In this document: positions 12,028 to 23,093 of the stretch, piece after piece
How positions within the stretch are numbered: position 1 is the stretch's first letter
How the letters are laid out: each line of letters begins with the position of its first letter
Assembly (NCBI GenBank): GCA_005239675.1
Contig: SBBO01000021.1
Coordinates: 1 to 58,350 of the forward strand
Source: Planctomycetales bacterium
GTDB taxonomy: Bacteria; Omnitrophota; Gorgyraeia; Zapsychrales; Zapsychraceae
Length of the DNA: 58,350 nt
Direction: 5' to 3'
Notes under the pieces: model-generated
Told to the model about the DNA's origin: nothing
The model's database searches: none
What the model saw: only the letters and a program-made list of their open reading frames with translations
Position numbers and translations under genes: made by a program

Positions 12028-14124
12028 ATGACCCAAACACCTTTACGAGATGTGAGAAATATCGGTATCATCGCCCATATTGACGCGGGGAAGACAACCA
12101 CGACCGAGCGTATATTGTTTTATACTGGAGCGATTCATAAGATGGGAAACGTCGATGATGGTAATACGACCATGGATTGGATGGAGCAGGAACAGGAGCG
12201 AGGCATCACCATTACCGCCGCGAGCACAACCTGTTTTTGGAATCAAAACAAGATCAATGTGATCGATACCCCGGGCCACGTGGATTTTACTATTGAGGTT
12301 GAGAGGTCATTGAAAGTTTTGGATGGGGCGGTTGTTGTTTTGTGTGGGACCAGTGGCGTTCAGTCGCAGACAGAAACGGTCTGGCGCCAGGCTGACCGCT
12401 ATGGTGTTCCGCGTATTGCCTTCATTAATAAATTGGATCGTCTGGGGGCTAACTTTGAACGCGTCTTAGGCGAGATTCATGAGCGACTCGGCGCCAATGC
12501 GGCGGCCATTGAATTTCCAGATGGAACCGAAGACCGCTTTAAAGGGATCATTGATGTCATTAATCAAAAATATATCACATACGAAGATGCTGAGGGCATT
12601 AAGCGGGTGTATAGTGAAGTGCCTGCTGAATTAAAGGATAAGCTGCAACAGTATCGGCATGCCTTGATTGAGCGGCTCGCTGACGCGGACGATACCATCG
12701 CCGAGAAATTTTTGGATGAAAAAGAGATTAGCGTAGATGATATAAAGAAGTCCATACGTTCCAGCACCATCCGTAATGCCTTTTTACCGGTTTTGTGTGG
12801 ATCGTCCTTGAAGAATAAAGGCGTTCAGATGATCCTCGATGCAGTCTGTGATTATCTCCCATCGCCTTTGGATGTGCCGATTATCAAGGGGATTGATCCA
12901 GCCACCAAGACCGAGATCACCCGTGAGACATCCTCTGATGTGCCGTTGAGCGCGCTGGTATTTAAGGTGGCGATGGATCCGTATGTAGGAAAATTGTTTT
13001 ATACACGCATCTATTCAGGAAAACTAGTTTCGGGCGAATCGGTGTATAATTCCACGCGACAGACCAAAGAACGTATTTCCAAGCTAGTTGTGATGCATGC
13101 CAATAAACAGGAGATCGTCTCCCAGATAGGCGCCGGAGAGATCGTGGCGTTGGTCGGTCTTAAGGAGAGTAAGTCCGGCGACACCTTGTGTGATCAGGAC
13201 AAAGCAATTCTCTTGGAAAATATGCGTATCCCTGAGCCGGTTGTCTCTATGTCCATTGAACCAAAGACCAAGGCTGACCAGGATAAATTAGGTCTTACCT
13301 TAAGAAAATTCTTGGATGAGGATCCATCGTTACGTGTCCACTATGATCAGGATACTGCCCAAACAATCATCTCGGGGATGGGGGAGTTGCATTTGGAGAT
13401 TGTGATCGACCGCATGAAGCGTGAATTTAATCTGGAGACAAATATTGGACGTCCTCAGGTTGCTTACAAAGAGACGATTACCAGAAAGATTGAAGACATT
13501 GTAGGTAAATTCATTAGCCAGACCGGCGGCCGCGGTCAATACGGACATGTGGTAATTAATGTTGAGCCGGCAGAAGAACGTGGCAAGGGAATCGAATTCG
13601 TCAACAAAATAAAGGGCGGGGCAATCCCCCGTGAATTTATTCCTGCCATTGAAAAAGGCATTATGAGTGGTAGCACAACTGGTTTTTTGGCGGGGTACCC
13701 TGCAACGGATTTTATTGTCACCTTGATTGATGGTTCTTATCATGAAGTGGATTCCAGTGAAATGGCGTTTCAATTAGCGGCGAAGGCCGCTTTGCGAGAG
13801 GCCCTACAAAAAGGTAGGTCCGTTTTCTTAGAGCCTGTTATGGACATAGAGGTGGTAGCGCCAGAAGAATTTATGGGTACTGTCTTGGGCGATCTTCAGA
13901 CGCGCAGGGCCAAGATTGTTAATATGGGGACACGGGGTAAGATTAAGACAGCACGCTGCGAGGTCCCTTTGGCAGAGATGTTTAATTATGCCAATGCAGT
14001 ACGTTCCTTAACTCAAGGACGGGCAACGTTTAGTATGGAGCCCGCCTTTTATGCAGAGGTGCCCCAATATATCGCTGATAAAATTATTGGGGCCCATCAG
14101 GAGACCCTAACTAAAAAGAGTTAA
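12028..14124 (+). CDS. fusA: Elongation factor G
   Basis: 698 aa. [23 protein letters not shown] and NKLDR GTPase motifs. Confidence 0.97.
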   Translation: MTQTPLRDVRNIGIIAHIDAGKTTTTERILFYTGAIHKMGNVDDGNTTMDWMEQEQERGITITAASTTCFWNQNKINVIDTPGHVDFTIEVERSLKVLDGAVVVLCGTSGVQSQTETVWRQADRYGVPRIAFINKLDRLGANFERVLGEIHERLGANAAAIEFPDGTEDRFKGIIDVINQKYITYEDAEGIKRVYSEVPAELKDKLQQYRHALIERLADADDTIAEKFLDEKEISVDDIKKSIRSSTIRNAFLPVLCGSSLKNKGVQMILDAVCDYLPSPLDVPIIKGIDPATKTEITRETSSDVPLSALVFKVAMDPYVGKLFYTRIYSGKLVSGESVYNSTRQTKERISKLVVMHANKQEIVSQIGAGEIVALVGLKESKSGDTLCDQDKAILLENMRIPEPVVSMSIEPKTKADQDKLGLTLRKFLDEDPSLRVHYDQDTAQTIISGMGELHLEIVIDRMKREFNLETNIGRPQVAYKETITRKIEDIVGKFISQTGGRGQYGHVVINVEPAEERGKGIEFVNKIKGGAIPREFIPAIEKGIMSGSTTGFLAGYPATDFIVTLIDGSYHEVDSSEMAFQLAAKAALREALQKGRSVFLEPVMDIEVVAPEEFMGTVLGDLQTRRAKIVNMGTRGKIKTARCEVPLAEMFNYANAVRSLTQGRATFSMEPAFYAEVPQYIADKIIGAHQETLTKKS

Positions 14125-14165
14125 TAGAGGGGATATGGATAGGAAATGGCAAAGGAGACATAACA

Positions 14166-15359
14166 ATGGCCAAAGAAAAATTCGTAAGAAATAAACCGCA
14201 TTTGAATATTGGAACCATCGGTCACGTTGACCACGGGAAAACGACCTTGAGCTCGGCGATTACAACGGTTTTAAGTAAAAAGGGTCTCGCGCAGGCGCGT
14301 TCTTATGATTCCATCGATAACGCACCTGAGGAGAAAGAGCGCGGTGTTACCATTAATATTTCGCATATTGAGTACGAAACCGAGAAGCGGCATTATGCCC
14401 ATATCGACTGTCCTGGCCACGCTGATTATATCAAGAATATGATTACCGGGGCTGCCCAGATGGATGGGGCGATCCTTGTTGTCTCGGCTGCTGATGGTGC
14501 CATGCCGCAGACCAAAGAGCATATCCTTTTAGCCAGGCAGGTCAACGTCCCCTCTCTTGTTGTCTTCCTTAATAAATGCGATCAAGTTCAAGATAAAGAG
14601 CTTTTTGAACTCGTTGAACTAGAAATCCGGGATCTTTTGACCAAATATAAATATGATGGGGACAAGACGCCCATCATTAAGGGAAGCGCTCTGGAGGCAT
14701 TAAATAATCTCAACGATGAATCCAAGACTCAATGCATCTTGGACCTAATGAAGGCTGTTGATGATTTTTTTATTGAACCAGTGCGTGAACTGGACAAACC
14801 GTTTTTAATGGCCATTGAAGACGTGTTCTCCATCTCTGGGCGTGGTACGGTCGCGACCGGCCGCATTGAACGCGGTAAGATTAAGGTGGGTGAAGAGGTT
14901 GATCTGGTAGGGATGGCTAAGGAGATCAAAAAGACGGTTGTCACCGGTGTGGAGATGTTCCGTAAGGAGCTAGATTATGGTCAGGCAGGAGACAACGTAG
15001 GACTACTCTTGCGTGGCGTTGAAAAAGAAGACATTCAGCGAGGTCAGGTCTTGGCTGCAGGTGGTTCTATTACGCCGCACACGAAATTCAAGGCCAAGAC
15101 ATATATCTTGACCAAAGAAGAAGGTGGACGGCATACCCCATTCTTCAAGGGTTACCGCCCACAATTTTATTTCAGAACAACGGATGTGACTGGAGCAGCC
15201 AATCTCCCTTCGGGCGTTGAGATGTGCATGCCGGGGGACAATGTTGAGTTAGAGGTGGAATTAATTATGCCGATTGCCATGGAAAATGAGTTACGCTTCG
15301 CTATCCGCGAGGGTGGCCATACCGTTGGCGCTGGTGTTATCCATCAAATCGTTGCCTAG
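14166..15359 (+). CDS. tuf: Elongation factor Tu
   Basis: 397 aa. [22 protein letters not shown]. Confidence 0.97.
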   Translation: MAKEKFVRNKPHLNIGTIGHVDHGKTTLSSAITTVLSKKGLAQARSYDSIDNAPEEKERGVTINISHIEYETEKRHYAHIDCPGHADYIKNMITGAAQMDGAILVVSAADGAMPQTKEHILLARQVNVPSLVVFLNKCDQVQDKELFELVELEIRDLLTKYKYDGDKTPIIKGSALEALNNLNDESKTQCILDLMKAVDDFFIEPVRELDKPFLMAIEDVFSISGRGTVATGRIERGKIKVGEEVDLVGMAKEIKKTVVTGVEMFRKELDYGQAGDNVGLLLRGVEKEDIQRGQVLAAGGSITPHTKFKAKTYILTKEEGGRHTPFFKGYRPQFYFRTTDVTGAANLPSGVEMCMPGDNVELEVELIMPIAMENELRFAIREGGHTVGAGVIHQIVA

Positions 15360-15380
15360 TATCTTAGGGCCGGAGAAATC

Positions 15381-15689
15381 ATGCAGCAGCAAAAGATACG
15401 CATCAAACTTAAGGCTTATGATCACAGGCTGATTGATCAGTCCGCTCGGGAGATCATTGACACAGCGATCCGTACGGGTGCTAAGGTCTCAGGACCTGTC
15501 CCGTTGCCGACCAAGAAGGAACTTTATACGGTTCTTCGTTCGCCAGTGATTGATAAAAAATCTAGGGAGCAATTTCAGTTGGCCACTCACAAACGCTTAA
15601 TTGATCTTATTGACCCAACGGCCAAGACGGTGGAGGCGTTGCGCAAACTTAACTTGCCCGCCGGTGTGGACGTTGAGATTAAACAGTAG
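15381..15689 (+). CDS. rpsJ: 30S ribosomal protein S10
   Basis: 102 aa, [16 protein letters not shown]. Confidence 0.95.
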   Translation: MQQQKIRIKLKAYDHRLIDQSAREIIDTAIRTGAKVSGPVPLPTKKELYTVLRSPVIDKKSREQFQLATHKRLIDLIDPTAKTVEALRKLNLPAGVDVEIKQ

Positions 15690-15704
15690 AAGATAAACCC
15701 TGTC

Positions 15705-16415
15705 ATGATTCGTGGATTGTTGGGAAGAAAATTAGGAATGACGCAGATATTCGATAAAGACGGCGATGTGGTTCCAGTGACCGTCCTTGAGGCCGGGCCA
15801 TGCACTGTCCTTAGTCTTCAAGATTCTCCCTTACGAGTGAAGCTGGGGTTTGCCTCGATTAAAGAATCAAGAATGAAAAAACCTCTCCTGGGTTATTTTA
15901 AGAAATCGGGCATTGCTCCATTAAAAATTATTAAAGAGTTTGAATCGACTGACAACAAAAATTATAAGATCGGAGAGGAATTAAAAGCTGATATCTTTAA
16001 GGCCGGCGAATATGTGGATGTAGCTGGAACCTCCATTGGAAAAGGTTTTCAGGGTGGCATGAAACGGTGGAACTGGACCGGCGGCCCTGCAGCGCACGGC
16101 TCCATGCACCATCGGCGCGTGGGCTCCATTGGCGCTAGCGCAGATCCTTCCAGGACATTAGTTGGAACAAACATGCCTGGCCATATGGGCCATCGTAGGG
16201 TTACAGCGCAGGGGCTGCGCGTCATGGGGGTGGATGCGGTGGCGAATACGATCCTTATTAAAGGAGCTGTCCCCGGTCATAAAAATGCCTTTCTCGCGAT
16301 TTATCGTTCTAAGAAAAAAGCCTTCCGGCCACTAGAGGAAGAGCGTAAGGCCATTGTCCGTAAGGTCAATCCAATGAAACAGAGCAAGGCAAAGGCAACA
16401 GGTAAAGGAAAATGA
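15705..16415 (+). CDS. rplC: 50S ribosomal protein L3
   Basis: 236 aa, GKGFQGGMKRWNW motif. Confidence 0.95.
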   Translation: MIRGLLGRKLGMTQIFDKDGDVVPVTVLEAGPCTVLSLQDSPLRVKLGFASIKESRMKKPLLGYFKKSGIAPLKIIKEFESTDNKNYKIGEELKADIFKAGEYVDVAGTSIGKGFQGGMKRWNWTGGPAAHGSMHHRRVGSIGASADPSRTLVGTNMPGHMGHRRVTAQGLRVMGVDAVANTILIKGAVPGHKNAFLAIYRSKKKAFRPLEEERKAIVRKVNPMKQSKAKATGKGK

Positions 16416-16496
16416 AGCAACCTCTTTATCAATACAGAACAAACGGTTCATCCTTCCGAGACTTTTCTGGTTTTTATTCAGCGAAGGAGAATAAGG

Positions 16497-17123
16497 GTGT
16501 CTAGTTTAACTGTTTTAGATAGCGAAGGCAATGAATCAACCAGCATTGCTCTCCCGCAAGAGATTTTTGGTGGCCGTATCAATCGCGATGTCCTTCATCA
16601 GACGGTATTGATGTACCGAGCCTGCGCACGACAAGGGACGGCATCAACCAAAGAGCGTGGATCTGTCCGTGGTGGCGGCATCAAGCCATGGCGACAAAAA
16701 GGAACCGGGCGTTCTCGTCATGGATCCATCCGTTCACCCCTTTGGAAGGGTGGCGGCGTTGTCTTCGGACCCCATCCTCGCAATTTTAGATATACTGTTG
16801 CGCAGAAAATTCGTGGGATAGCCTTACGGGAAAGTTTAAACGTAAAGTTTCAGGATGCTCATCTTGTCTGTATCGACGATTTAAAGAAGCAATTCCAGAA
16901 GACAAAAGAATTCGCCGGGGTTCTAAGAAAATTGAGCCTAAAAGGGAGCGTACTTGCCCTTTTAGATGGATGTGATCCCAGCGTGCGCAGGGTCTCGCGT
17001 AATATCCCATTATTTTGTTTGATGCGCTCGCAGGATGTGAATGCCTATGATATCTTACGTTACAAAATGATTTTAGTTAGTAAAACGGCCTTAAACAATC
17101 TGCTGGAGCGGATACAAAAATGA
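16497..17123 (+). CDS. rplD: 50S ribosomal protein L4 (GTG start)
   Basis: 208 aa, KPWRQKGTGRSRHGS motif. AAGGAG SD before GTG 16497. Confidence 0.92.
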   Translation: MSSLTVLDSEGNESTSIALPQEIFGGRINRDVLHQTVLMYRACARQGTASTKERGSVRGGGIKPWRQKGTGRSRHGSIRSPLWKGGGVVFGPHPRNFRYTVAQKIRGIALRESLNVKFQDAHLVCIDDLKKQFQKTKEFAGVLRKLSLKGSVLALLDGCDPSVRRVSRNIPLFCLMRSQDVNAYDILRYKMILVSKTALNNLLERIQK

Positions 17124-17398
17124 CCAGTGCTTACGATATCGTCAGAAGTTTAGTCCGTACCGAGAAAGGGACCAAACTAGAGCCACAGCGTAAATATCTT
17201 TTTCAGGTTTCCATGGGGGCTAACAAGGTTCAAATCCGCAAGGCGGTAGAAGAGATTTATAAGGTAAAGATTGAGTCGGTCAATACGGCAATTATTCCAG
17301 GAAAACTAAAACGCGTCCGGCAAGAGCTGGGTAGTACAACACCGTTGAAAAAGGCGGTGGTGACCCTTAAAGAAGGGCATAAGATCGAGGTTACCTAA
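17120..17398 (+). CDS. rplW: 50S ribosomal protein L23
   Basis: 92 aa, position and KVQIRKAVEEIYKVKIESVNT. Confidence 0.93.
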   Translation: MTSAYDIVRSLVRTEKGTKLEPQRKYLFQVSMGANKVQIRKAVEEIYKVKIESVNTAIIPGKLKRVRQELGSTTPLKKAVVTLKEGHKIEVT

Positions 17399-17401
17399 TC
17401 T

Positions 17402-18235
17402 ATGGGAATCAGACGATTCAAACCAGTGACGAGCACACTACGCCATACGGTAATTTCTGACTTCGCTGAGATTACGAAGTCTAAGCCGGAAAAGCAACTC
17501 TTGCGGCCTTTAAAGAGTAGCGGTGGACGCAATATGTACGGACGGATTACGTCCCGTTATCGCGGCGGTGGACATAAGCGCATGTACCGTCTGATTGATT
17601 TTAAGCGCGACCGCATTGACCAGGAATGCACCGTGCTTGCTATTGAATACGATCCCAATCGCAGCGCACGTATTGCCCTAATTCAGTATCCAGATAGTAC
17701 GAAATCTTATATTATTGCCCCCTTAGGGCTCAAGCCTGGAGACAAGGTGATCAGTACCCTTGACAAAGATGTTGAAATAAATCCTGGCAATGTCATGCCA
17801 CTTCGGCGTATTCCTTTAGGCGCCGCGATTCATAATATTGAAATTAGGCCAGGCCAGGGCGGTAAGATTGCCAGGTCCGCAGGGATATCAGCCCAGCTAA
17901 TTGCTAAGGAAGGCGAATTTGCCTTTATCCGCATGCCATCCAGCGAAGTGCGTAAGATCTTCATTGATTGCCGTTCTACTATCGGACAAATTGGTAACGT
18001 TGAGCATGAAACACGTTCCATAGGCAAGGCTGGAAGGATGCGCTGGAAGGGGCGACGCCCTCATGTACGCGGGGTTGTCATGAATCCAGTCGATCATCCC
18101 CACGGAGGCGGCGAAGGCAAAGCCCCTCAGGGGAACCCACACCCGGTGACACCATGGGGACGACCAACCAAAGGGTATAAAACACGGAAAAAACGTAAGT
18201 ATTCCAGTCAATTTATTATTCGAAGAAGAGGATAA
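17402..18235 (+). CDS. rplB: 50S ribosomal protein L2
   Basis: 277 aa, [13 protein letters not shown] motif. Confidence 0.96.
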   Translation: MGIRRFKPVTSTLRHTVISDFAEITKSKPEKQLLRPLKSSGGRNMYGRITSRYRGGGHKRMYRLIDFKRDRIDQECTVLAIEYDPNRSARIALIQYPDSTKSYIIAPLGLKPGDKVISTLDKDVEINPGNVMPLRRIPLGAAIHNIEIRPGQGGKIARSAGISAQLIAKEGEFAFIRMPSSEVRKIFIDCRSTIGQIGNVEHETRSIGKAGRMRWKGRRPHVRGVVMNPVDHPHGGGEGKAPQGNPHPVTPWGRPTKGYKTRKKRKYSSQFIIRRRG

Positions 18236-18238
18236 GTT

Positions 18239-18526
18239 ATGCCGCGTTCGATAAAGAAGGGCCCTTATGTCGAGGGGGTATTACTGGAGAAATTAAGGCG
18301 TATGATCAATTCCGGACAACGCCAGCCTATTAAAACTTGGTCAAGACGTTCTACCGTCACGCCGGATTTTGTTGGATACACGGTTTCTGTTTACGACGGA
18401 CGTAAACATGTTCCAATTTTTATTACCGAAAATATGGTGGGATATAAGTTCGGTGAATTTGCCCACACACGTACATTTAGAAAACATGGCGGAGTAAAAT
18501 CCAAGAAGGCTCCAGATAAGACGTAA
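18239..18526 (+). CDS. rpsS: 30S ribosomal protein S19
   Basis: 95 aa, [25 protein letters not shown]. Confidence 0.95.
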   Translation: MPRSIKKGPYVEGVLLEKLRRMINSGQRQPIKTWSRRSTVTPDFVGYTVSVYDGRKHVPIFITENMVGYKFGEFAHTRTFRKHGGVKSKKAPDKT

Positions 18527-18550
18527 GGGATATAAGGATAATAGAAATTT

Positions 18551-18883
18551 ATGATTGCCTACGCAAAAGGAAGATATTTACGCGTTTCACCCATGAAGGC
18601 CAGGCAGGTCATTGATTTGATCCGTGGCAAAGATGTGCCGACCTCGCAGGCTATCTTGACTCATGTACAGAAAGGGTCGGCCCAGATTATCGGTAAGATA
18701 TTGAACTCAGCGGTGTCCAATGCCAAACAAAAGGGGCTAGGGGAAGAGCAGTTGTATATCTCCAGGATTTCAGCGGATCAAGGACCTTCTTGGAAGCGGT
18801 ACCGGGCCGCCTCATTCGGGCGCGCAACACCAATTTTGAAGAAAACAACACACTTAACTATTGAATTAGACCTAAGGACTTAA
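18551..18883 (+). CDS. rplV: 50S ribosomal protein L22
   Basis: 110 aa, RVSPMKARQVIDLIRGK. Confidence 0.94.
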   Translation: MIAYAKGRYLRVSPMKARQVIDLIRGKDVPTSQAILTHVQKGSAQIIGKILNSAVSNAKQKGLGEEQLYISRISADQGPSWKRYRAASFGRATPILKKTTHLTIELDLRT

Positions 18884-18895
18884 AAGAGGCGCCAT

Positions 18896-19654
18896 ATGGG
18901 ACAAAAAGTTAATCCTATTGCTTTACGTATCGGATACATCGAAAATTGGAGGGGTCTCTGGTTTACAGATAAGAAACAATTTGCACAGAATATTTTAGAG
19001 GACTACAAAATTCGCCAATTTATTAAAAAGCGGTTTGCGCAGGCAGCTATTTCTAGGATTGTCATCGAGCGCTTGGGGGATAAAATTAAAATCATCATCT
19101 ATACAGCACGGCCAGGGGTTATTATAGGACGCCGTGGTGCGGATATCGATAAATTAAAGTCCGAGTTAGGGGATATCACACCTAAGGAAATGGCCATTGA
19201 CCTTCAAGAAATTAATAATCCATCAACGGATGCCCAGTTGATTGCTCAGAATATTGCCTTTCAACTGGAGAAGCGTGTGGCGTTTCGCCGTACCATGAAG
19301 CGCGCTATTGATCAGGCGATGTCCTCAGGGGTAAAGGGAATTAAGATCAAATGTTCTGGCCGTTTGAATGGTGCTGAGTTGGCCCGCAGTGAATCGTATC
19401 GCGTTGGCAAGCTTCCCCTACATACGTTGCGTGCCCAAATTGATTATGGTTTTGCCGAAGCCTTGACTACCTACGGGATAATAGGTATTAAAGTCTGGGC
19501 GAATAAGGGAGAGGTCATCAGGGAAATTAAGCGTCAAGGGGAACCAGGTATTCAGGGTCTACCCGCAGGGTCCCTATTTGAGAAGAAGGCATTGGCTAAG
19601 AAAAATTCTTTTAGACATAAGGCCGAATTCACCAAAGAGGGACACAAGCAATGA
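18896..19654 (+). CDS. rpsC: 30S ribosomal protein S3 (longer C-terminal tail than I expect for S3)
   Basis: 252 aa, MGQKVNPIALRIG start, KH domain region. Confidence 0.95.
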   Translation: MGQKVNPIALRIGYIENWRGLWFTDKKQFAQNILEDYKIRQFIKKRFAQAAISRIVIERLGDKIKIIIYTARPGVIIGRRGADIDKLKSELGDITPKEMAIDLQEINNPSTDAQLIAQNIAFQLEKRVAFRRTMKRAIDQAMSSGVKGIKIKCSGRLNGAELARSESYRVGKLPLHTLRAQIDYGFAEALTTYGIIGIKVWANKGEVIREIKRQGEPGIQGLPAGSLFEKKALAKKNSFRHKAEFTKEGHKQ

Positions 19655-20079
19655 CCTTGATGCCGAAGAAAGTTAAATACCGTAAGGCCCAAAAAGGCAA
19701 AAATCGCGGTCTGGCTACATCGGGCAATGCCTTAAATTTTGGTGAGTTTGGCTTGAAGGCCTTGGGAAATGGCATTGTTCGTTCAAACCACATTGAGGCC
19801 TGTAGGGTGGCGGCGGCGCGCAAGATGAAGGGGGTGGGTAAGCTTTGGATCAATATTTTTCCTTACAAGCCGGTTACCAAGAAGCCAGCAGAAACACGTA
19901 TGGGAAAAGGGAAGGGAGACTTGGATCATTGGGTCAGCCCCGTGCGTCGTGGAAAGGTCCTTTTTGAGATGAGTGGTTTGCCGGAGGAATTTGCCCGATC
20001 GGTGTTTCGTTTTATTGCCTTTAAACTGCCGATCAGGACAAAATTTATTTCGCGTATGGGAGTTCAGCGGCATGATTGA
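19651..20079 (+). CDS. rplP: 50S ribosomal protein L16
   Basis: 142 aa, LMPKKVKYRKAQKG...RMGKGKG. Confidence 0.95.
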   Translation: MTLMPKKVKYRKAQKGKNRGLATSGNALNFGEFGLKALGNGIVRSNHIEACRVAAARKMKGVGKLWINIFPYKPVTKKPAETRMGKGKGDLDHWVSPVRRGKVLFEMSGLPEEFARSVFRFIAFKLPIRTKFISRMGVQRHD

Positions 20080-20278
20080 TAAGAAGTTACGAGAGTTGAA
20101 TAAAGAAGAATTGCATCAGAAATGCAATGATTTAAAAAAAGAACTGTATACGCTCAATTATCAGCGTAGGATCGGCAACGTGGAAAAACCAGCCCGCTTC
20201 AAACGATTAAGGAAAGATATTGCCCGTGCGATGACTATTATACGAGAAAGAGAATTGGAAGATGAGCGAAGCAATTAA
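20072..20278 (+). CDS. rpmC: 50S ribosomal protein L29
   Basis: Internal ATG (aa 34) of ORF 19973..20278. MIDKKLRELNKEELHQKCNDLKKELYTLNYQ. 8-nt overlap with rplP. Confidence 0.9.
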   Translation: MIDKKLRELNKEELHQKCNDLKKELYTLNYQRRIGNVEKPARFKRLRKDIARAMTIIRERELEDERSN

Positions 20279-20576
20279 AAGAATTAATAGGCGTAAATTT
20301 TTAGAAGGCATTGTTATTAGCGATAAGATGAACAAGACCCGCGTGGTACAGGTGCGCTGGACGACAAAACACCCAAAATATTCAAAGGTAACCAAAAGGC
20401 TATCAAAATATAAAGCCCATGATGAGAAGAACGCTGCCAAAACTGGCGATATGGTGCGGATTATGGAGACAAGGCCCATTTCCAAAGACAAACGTTGGAC
20501 AATTGTGAACATATTAGGGCATACAGTCTCCTCTTCCGGGCAGCCATTCATTCAGGATCAGAAAGTTGGCTTATGA
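20262..20576 (+). CDS. rpsQ: 30S ribosomal protein S17
   Basis: 104 aa, GIVISDKMNKTRVVQV...KYKAHDEKN. The C-terminal ~15 aa look like extra tail. Confidence 0.92.
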   Translation: MSEAIKRINRRKFLEGIVISDKMNKTRVVQVRWTTKHPKYSKVTKRLSKYKAHDEKNAAKTGDMVRIMETRPISKDKRWTIVNILGHTVSSSGQPFIQDQKVGL

Positions 20577-20941
20577 TTTTTTTAAAAACAATATTAGATG
20601 TAGCGGATAATACAGGGGCACGAAAGGCCTCTTTGATTGGTGTCCTTCATGTCAAAGGACGTTTGTGCGCTCACGTTGGCGATTTGGTGCGTGTCAATAT
20701 CAAAGAATCAGCACCAGACGCCGCCGTTAAGAAGGGCGATAAAGCCAAGGGGATTATTATACGTACCAAGGCGCCCATCCGTCGCCCAGATGGTACGTAT
20801 GTACGTTTTGATACCAATGCTGTCGTGATCGTGGATGATACCGGCAATCCTAAAGGGACACGTGTCTTTGGGCCTGTGGCGCGTGAATTGCGGAACATGG
20901 AATATATGAAAATTGTATCTCTGGCACCTGAGGTGATTTAA
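20573..20941 (+). CDS. rplN: 50S ribosomal protein L14
   Basis: Internal ATG (aa 27) of ORF 20495..20941. MIFLKTILDVADNTGARK. ATGA overlap with rpsQ. Confidence 0.93.
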   Translation: MIFLKTILDVADNTGARKASLIGVLHVKGRLCAHVGDLVRVNIKESAPDAAVKKGDKAKGIIIRTKAPIRRPDGTYVRFDTNAVVIVDDTGNPKGTRVFGPVARELRNMEYMKIVSLAPEVI

Positions 20942-21249
20942 TGTTAAGGATTAAGAAAGACGATCTAGTGAAGGTCATCACTGGTAAGGATAAGGGGAAG
21001 ACAGGCAAGATTATGAAGGTCTTTCCTGAGGAGCAACGCGCCCTGGTAGAGCGCATCAATCTCGTTAAAAAGGCGCGGCGCCGTACGCAACAACAGCAGG
21101 GTGGCATCGTTGATATCGAGGCCCCGATTCATCTGTCGAATATCATGCTGATTGATAAAAAGACAAGTCAGCCGACCAGGTTTGGGAGATCCATCCTTAA
21201 GGACGGTTCCAAGGTCCGTTTGGCCAAAAAAGGCGGGGAGGTCATCTAA
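20941..21249 (+). CDS. rplX: 50S ribosomal protein L24
   Basis: 102 aa, KOW motif IKKDDLVKVITGKDKGKTGKI. Confidence 0.94.
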   Translation: MLRIKKDDLVKVITGKDKGKTGKIMKVFPEEQRALVERINLVKKARRRTQQQQGGIVDIEAPIHLSNIMLIDKKTSQPTRFGRSILKDGSKVRLAKKGGEVI

Positions 21250-21251
21250 GG

Positions 21252-21797
21252 ATGATCGCGCGATTACAAAAGATATATCGAGAAAAGACGATACCGGCCA
21301 TGCAGGAGAAGTTCAGTATTAAAAATACAATGGCTGTTCCACGTCTTGACAAGATTGTCATCAACATGGGTGTTGGCAAATCGGTCGCGGATATAAAGAT
21401 CCTCGAGAGTGCGGTTAAAGATCTGGCAACGATCAGCGGACAACAGCCGGTCGTCACGCGCACAAAAAAGGCGATCTCTAACTTTAAGATAAGGGCTGAT
21501 ATGCCTGTTGGATGCAGGGTGACCCTACGCCGATCCCGGATGTATGAATTTTTAGATCGGTTGGTCACGGTGGCCCTTCCACGTATCCGGGATTTTAATG
21601 GTGTGTCCACGAAATCTTTTGACGGGAAGGGTAATTTTTCTATTGGTATCTCTGAACAGGCTATTTTCCCGGAAATTGATACTGGTAGGATTGCCCATAC
21701 GCAGGGGATGGATATTACATTTGTGTTCAACCGTGGTCCACAGGAGCAAACGAGAGAAGTGTTAAGGCTTTTGGGAATGCCGTTTAGCAAGAGATAG
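21252..21797 (+). CDS. rplE: 50S ribosomal protein L5
   Basis: 181 aa, position, [17 protein letters not shown]...[14 protein letters not shown]. Confidence 0.95.
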   Translation: MIARLQKIYREKTIPAMQEKFSIKNTMAVPRLDKIVINMGVGKSVADIKILESAVKDLATISGQQPVVTRTKKAISNFKIRADMPVGCRVTLRRSRMYEFLDRLVTVALPRIRDFNGVSTKSFDGKGNFSIGISEQAIFPEIDTGRIAHTQGMDITFVFNRGPQEQTREVLRLLGMPFSKR

Positions 21798-21808
21798 GAA
21801 AACGCAAT

Positions 21809-21994
21809 ATGGCTAGAAAGGCTTTAGTATTAAAGGCTGCAAGAAAACCAAAATTCTCGAGTCGAAGTTATCATCGTTGTCAGATCTGTGGGCGGTCAAG
21901 GGCGTTTTTACGCCGGTTTGGCGTATGTCGTATTTGTTTTAGAGAATTGGCCTGGAAAGGTGAGATCCCAGGTGTCAAAAAGGCGAGTTGGTGA
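21809..21994 (+). CDS. rpsN: 30S ribosomal protein S14, short zinc-binding (type Z) form
   Basis: 61 aa, [38 protein letters not shown]. Confidence 0.94.
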   Translation: MARKALVLKAARKPKFSSRSYHRCQICGRSRAFLRRFGVCRICFRELAWKGEIPGVKKASW

Positions 21995-22061
21995 AGACCT
22001 ACCCCAGAAAGGGTATGTCTGAATCCTAAGTCGCGTATTGGCTTCTCAATAGGCGTAGGAT
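21995..22061 (+). promoter_or_regulatory. Two stem-loops in the 127-nt rpsN-rpsH spacer (candidate mRNA operator or processing site)
   Basis: Hairpin 1: AGACCTACCC 21995-22004 / GGGTATGTCT 22011-22020, one mismatch. Hairpin 2 (22023-22061): ATCCTA-[AGT bulge]-CGC-G-TATTG-GCTTCT-CAATA-G-GCG-TAGGAT. Confidence 0.4.
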
Positions 22062-22121
22062 GCAGCAAGTTTATCAGCTGGTGTGGGTTGAATCTAACAA
22101 GATATAAGAGGTTTATCTAAT

Positions 22122-22517
22122 ATGTCACTCAATGATTCGATTAGCAATCTGTTAACGATTATTCGTAATGGGGTTCGGGCAGAGAAGGAGACGGTGGATA
22201 TCCCTGCCTCACGTTTAAACGGCAGGATTCTTGATATTTTTAAGAAAGACGGCTACATCGAGGACTGTCGTCTTATGAAGAATAACGCGCAAGGGACGTT
22301 AAAGGTTTATTTGAAATATCAGGATAAAAAGCCAGCGATCATCGGAATCCGGCGTATCTCGAAATCTGGATTACGGATTTTTCGCAAAAAGGATGAACTG
22401 CCTCGTGTACTCAATGGCCTTGGAACTGCAGTTATCTCAACCTCAAAGGGGATCCTCACGGATCGTGAAGCGAGAAAACTGCAGGTTGGTGGTGAGGTCT
22501 TGTGCTATATCTGGTAA
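22122..22517 (+). CDS. rpsH: 30S ribosomal protein S8
   Basis: 131 aa, MSLNDSISNLLTIIRNG start. Confidence 0.95.
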   Translation: MSLNDSISNLLTIIRNGVRAEKETVDIPASRLNGRILDIFKKDGYIEDCRLMKNNAQGTLKVYLKYQDKKPAIIGIRRISKSGLRIFRKKDELPRVLNGLGTAVISTSKGILTDREARKLQVGGEVLCYIW

Positions 22518-22542
22518 TTTTAAGGAAAAGGGACCGCGTTTT

Positions 22543-23082
22543 ATGTCACGGATAGGGAAAATACCCGTTACTGTACCCAAAGAAGTTAAGGTCAGCATAG
22601 AACCTCACTGTGTTCATTGCCAAGGACCCAAGGGAAAACTCGATTTGACCATTCCTTCTCATGTAAAAGTAGAATTAAAGGATGGGTCATTGGTTGTGAC
22701 ACGCTATGGCGAGGACAAAGAGGCGAAGGCAGTACATGGGACGATCCGTGCACGTCTGGTCAATATGATCGAAGGCGTCACCAAAGGACATAGAAAGGAC
22801 CTAGAAATTCAGGGCCTTGGATTTCGTGCGCAGCTCCAGGGAGGAAAAATTCTTTTTAATCTAGGATTAAGTCACCCGGTTGTTTTCGAGGTGCCTGCTA
22901 CGGTCAAAGTCGCTGTCCCAACACAGACCTCGATTAGTATCGAGGGCGTGGATAATATTGCCGTGGGTCAGGTGGCGGCGAATATACGGGCAATCAAACC
23001 CGTTGAACCCTACAAGGGTAAGGGAATCCGCTATGTGGGTGAATTTGTCCGTCGTAAACAAGGAAAATCCGTCACAAAATAA
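22543..23082 (+). CDS. rplF: 50S ribosomal protein L6
   Basis: Internal ATG (aa 51) of ORF 22393..23082. MSRIGKIPVTVP is the canonical L6 start. Upstream ORF part overlaps rpsH. Confidence 0.94.
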   Translation: MSRIGKIPVTVPKEVKVSIEPHCVHCQGPKGKLDLTIPSHVKVELKDGSLVVTRYGEDKEAKAVHGTIRARLVNMIEGVTKGHRKDLEIQGLGFRAQLQGGKILFNLGLSHPVVFEVPATVKVAVPTQTSISIEGVDNIAVGQVAANIRAIKPVEPYKGKGIRYVGEFVRRKQGKSVTK

Positions 23083-23093
23083 TAAATCATATT

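Noticed and set aside
16412-16504. 30-codon ORF (MKQPLYQYRTNGSSFRDFSGFYSAKENKGV) bridging the rplC stop and the rplD GTG start across the 81-nt spacer
   Set aside because: No recognisable motif, and the ATG is only about 3 nt from the nearest SD-like purines. It is most likely a chance frame in the spacer. Only conservation in relatives would revive it.
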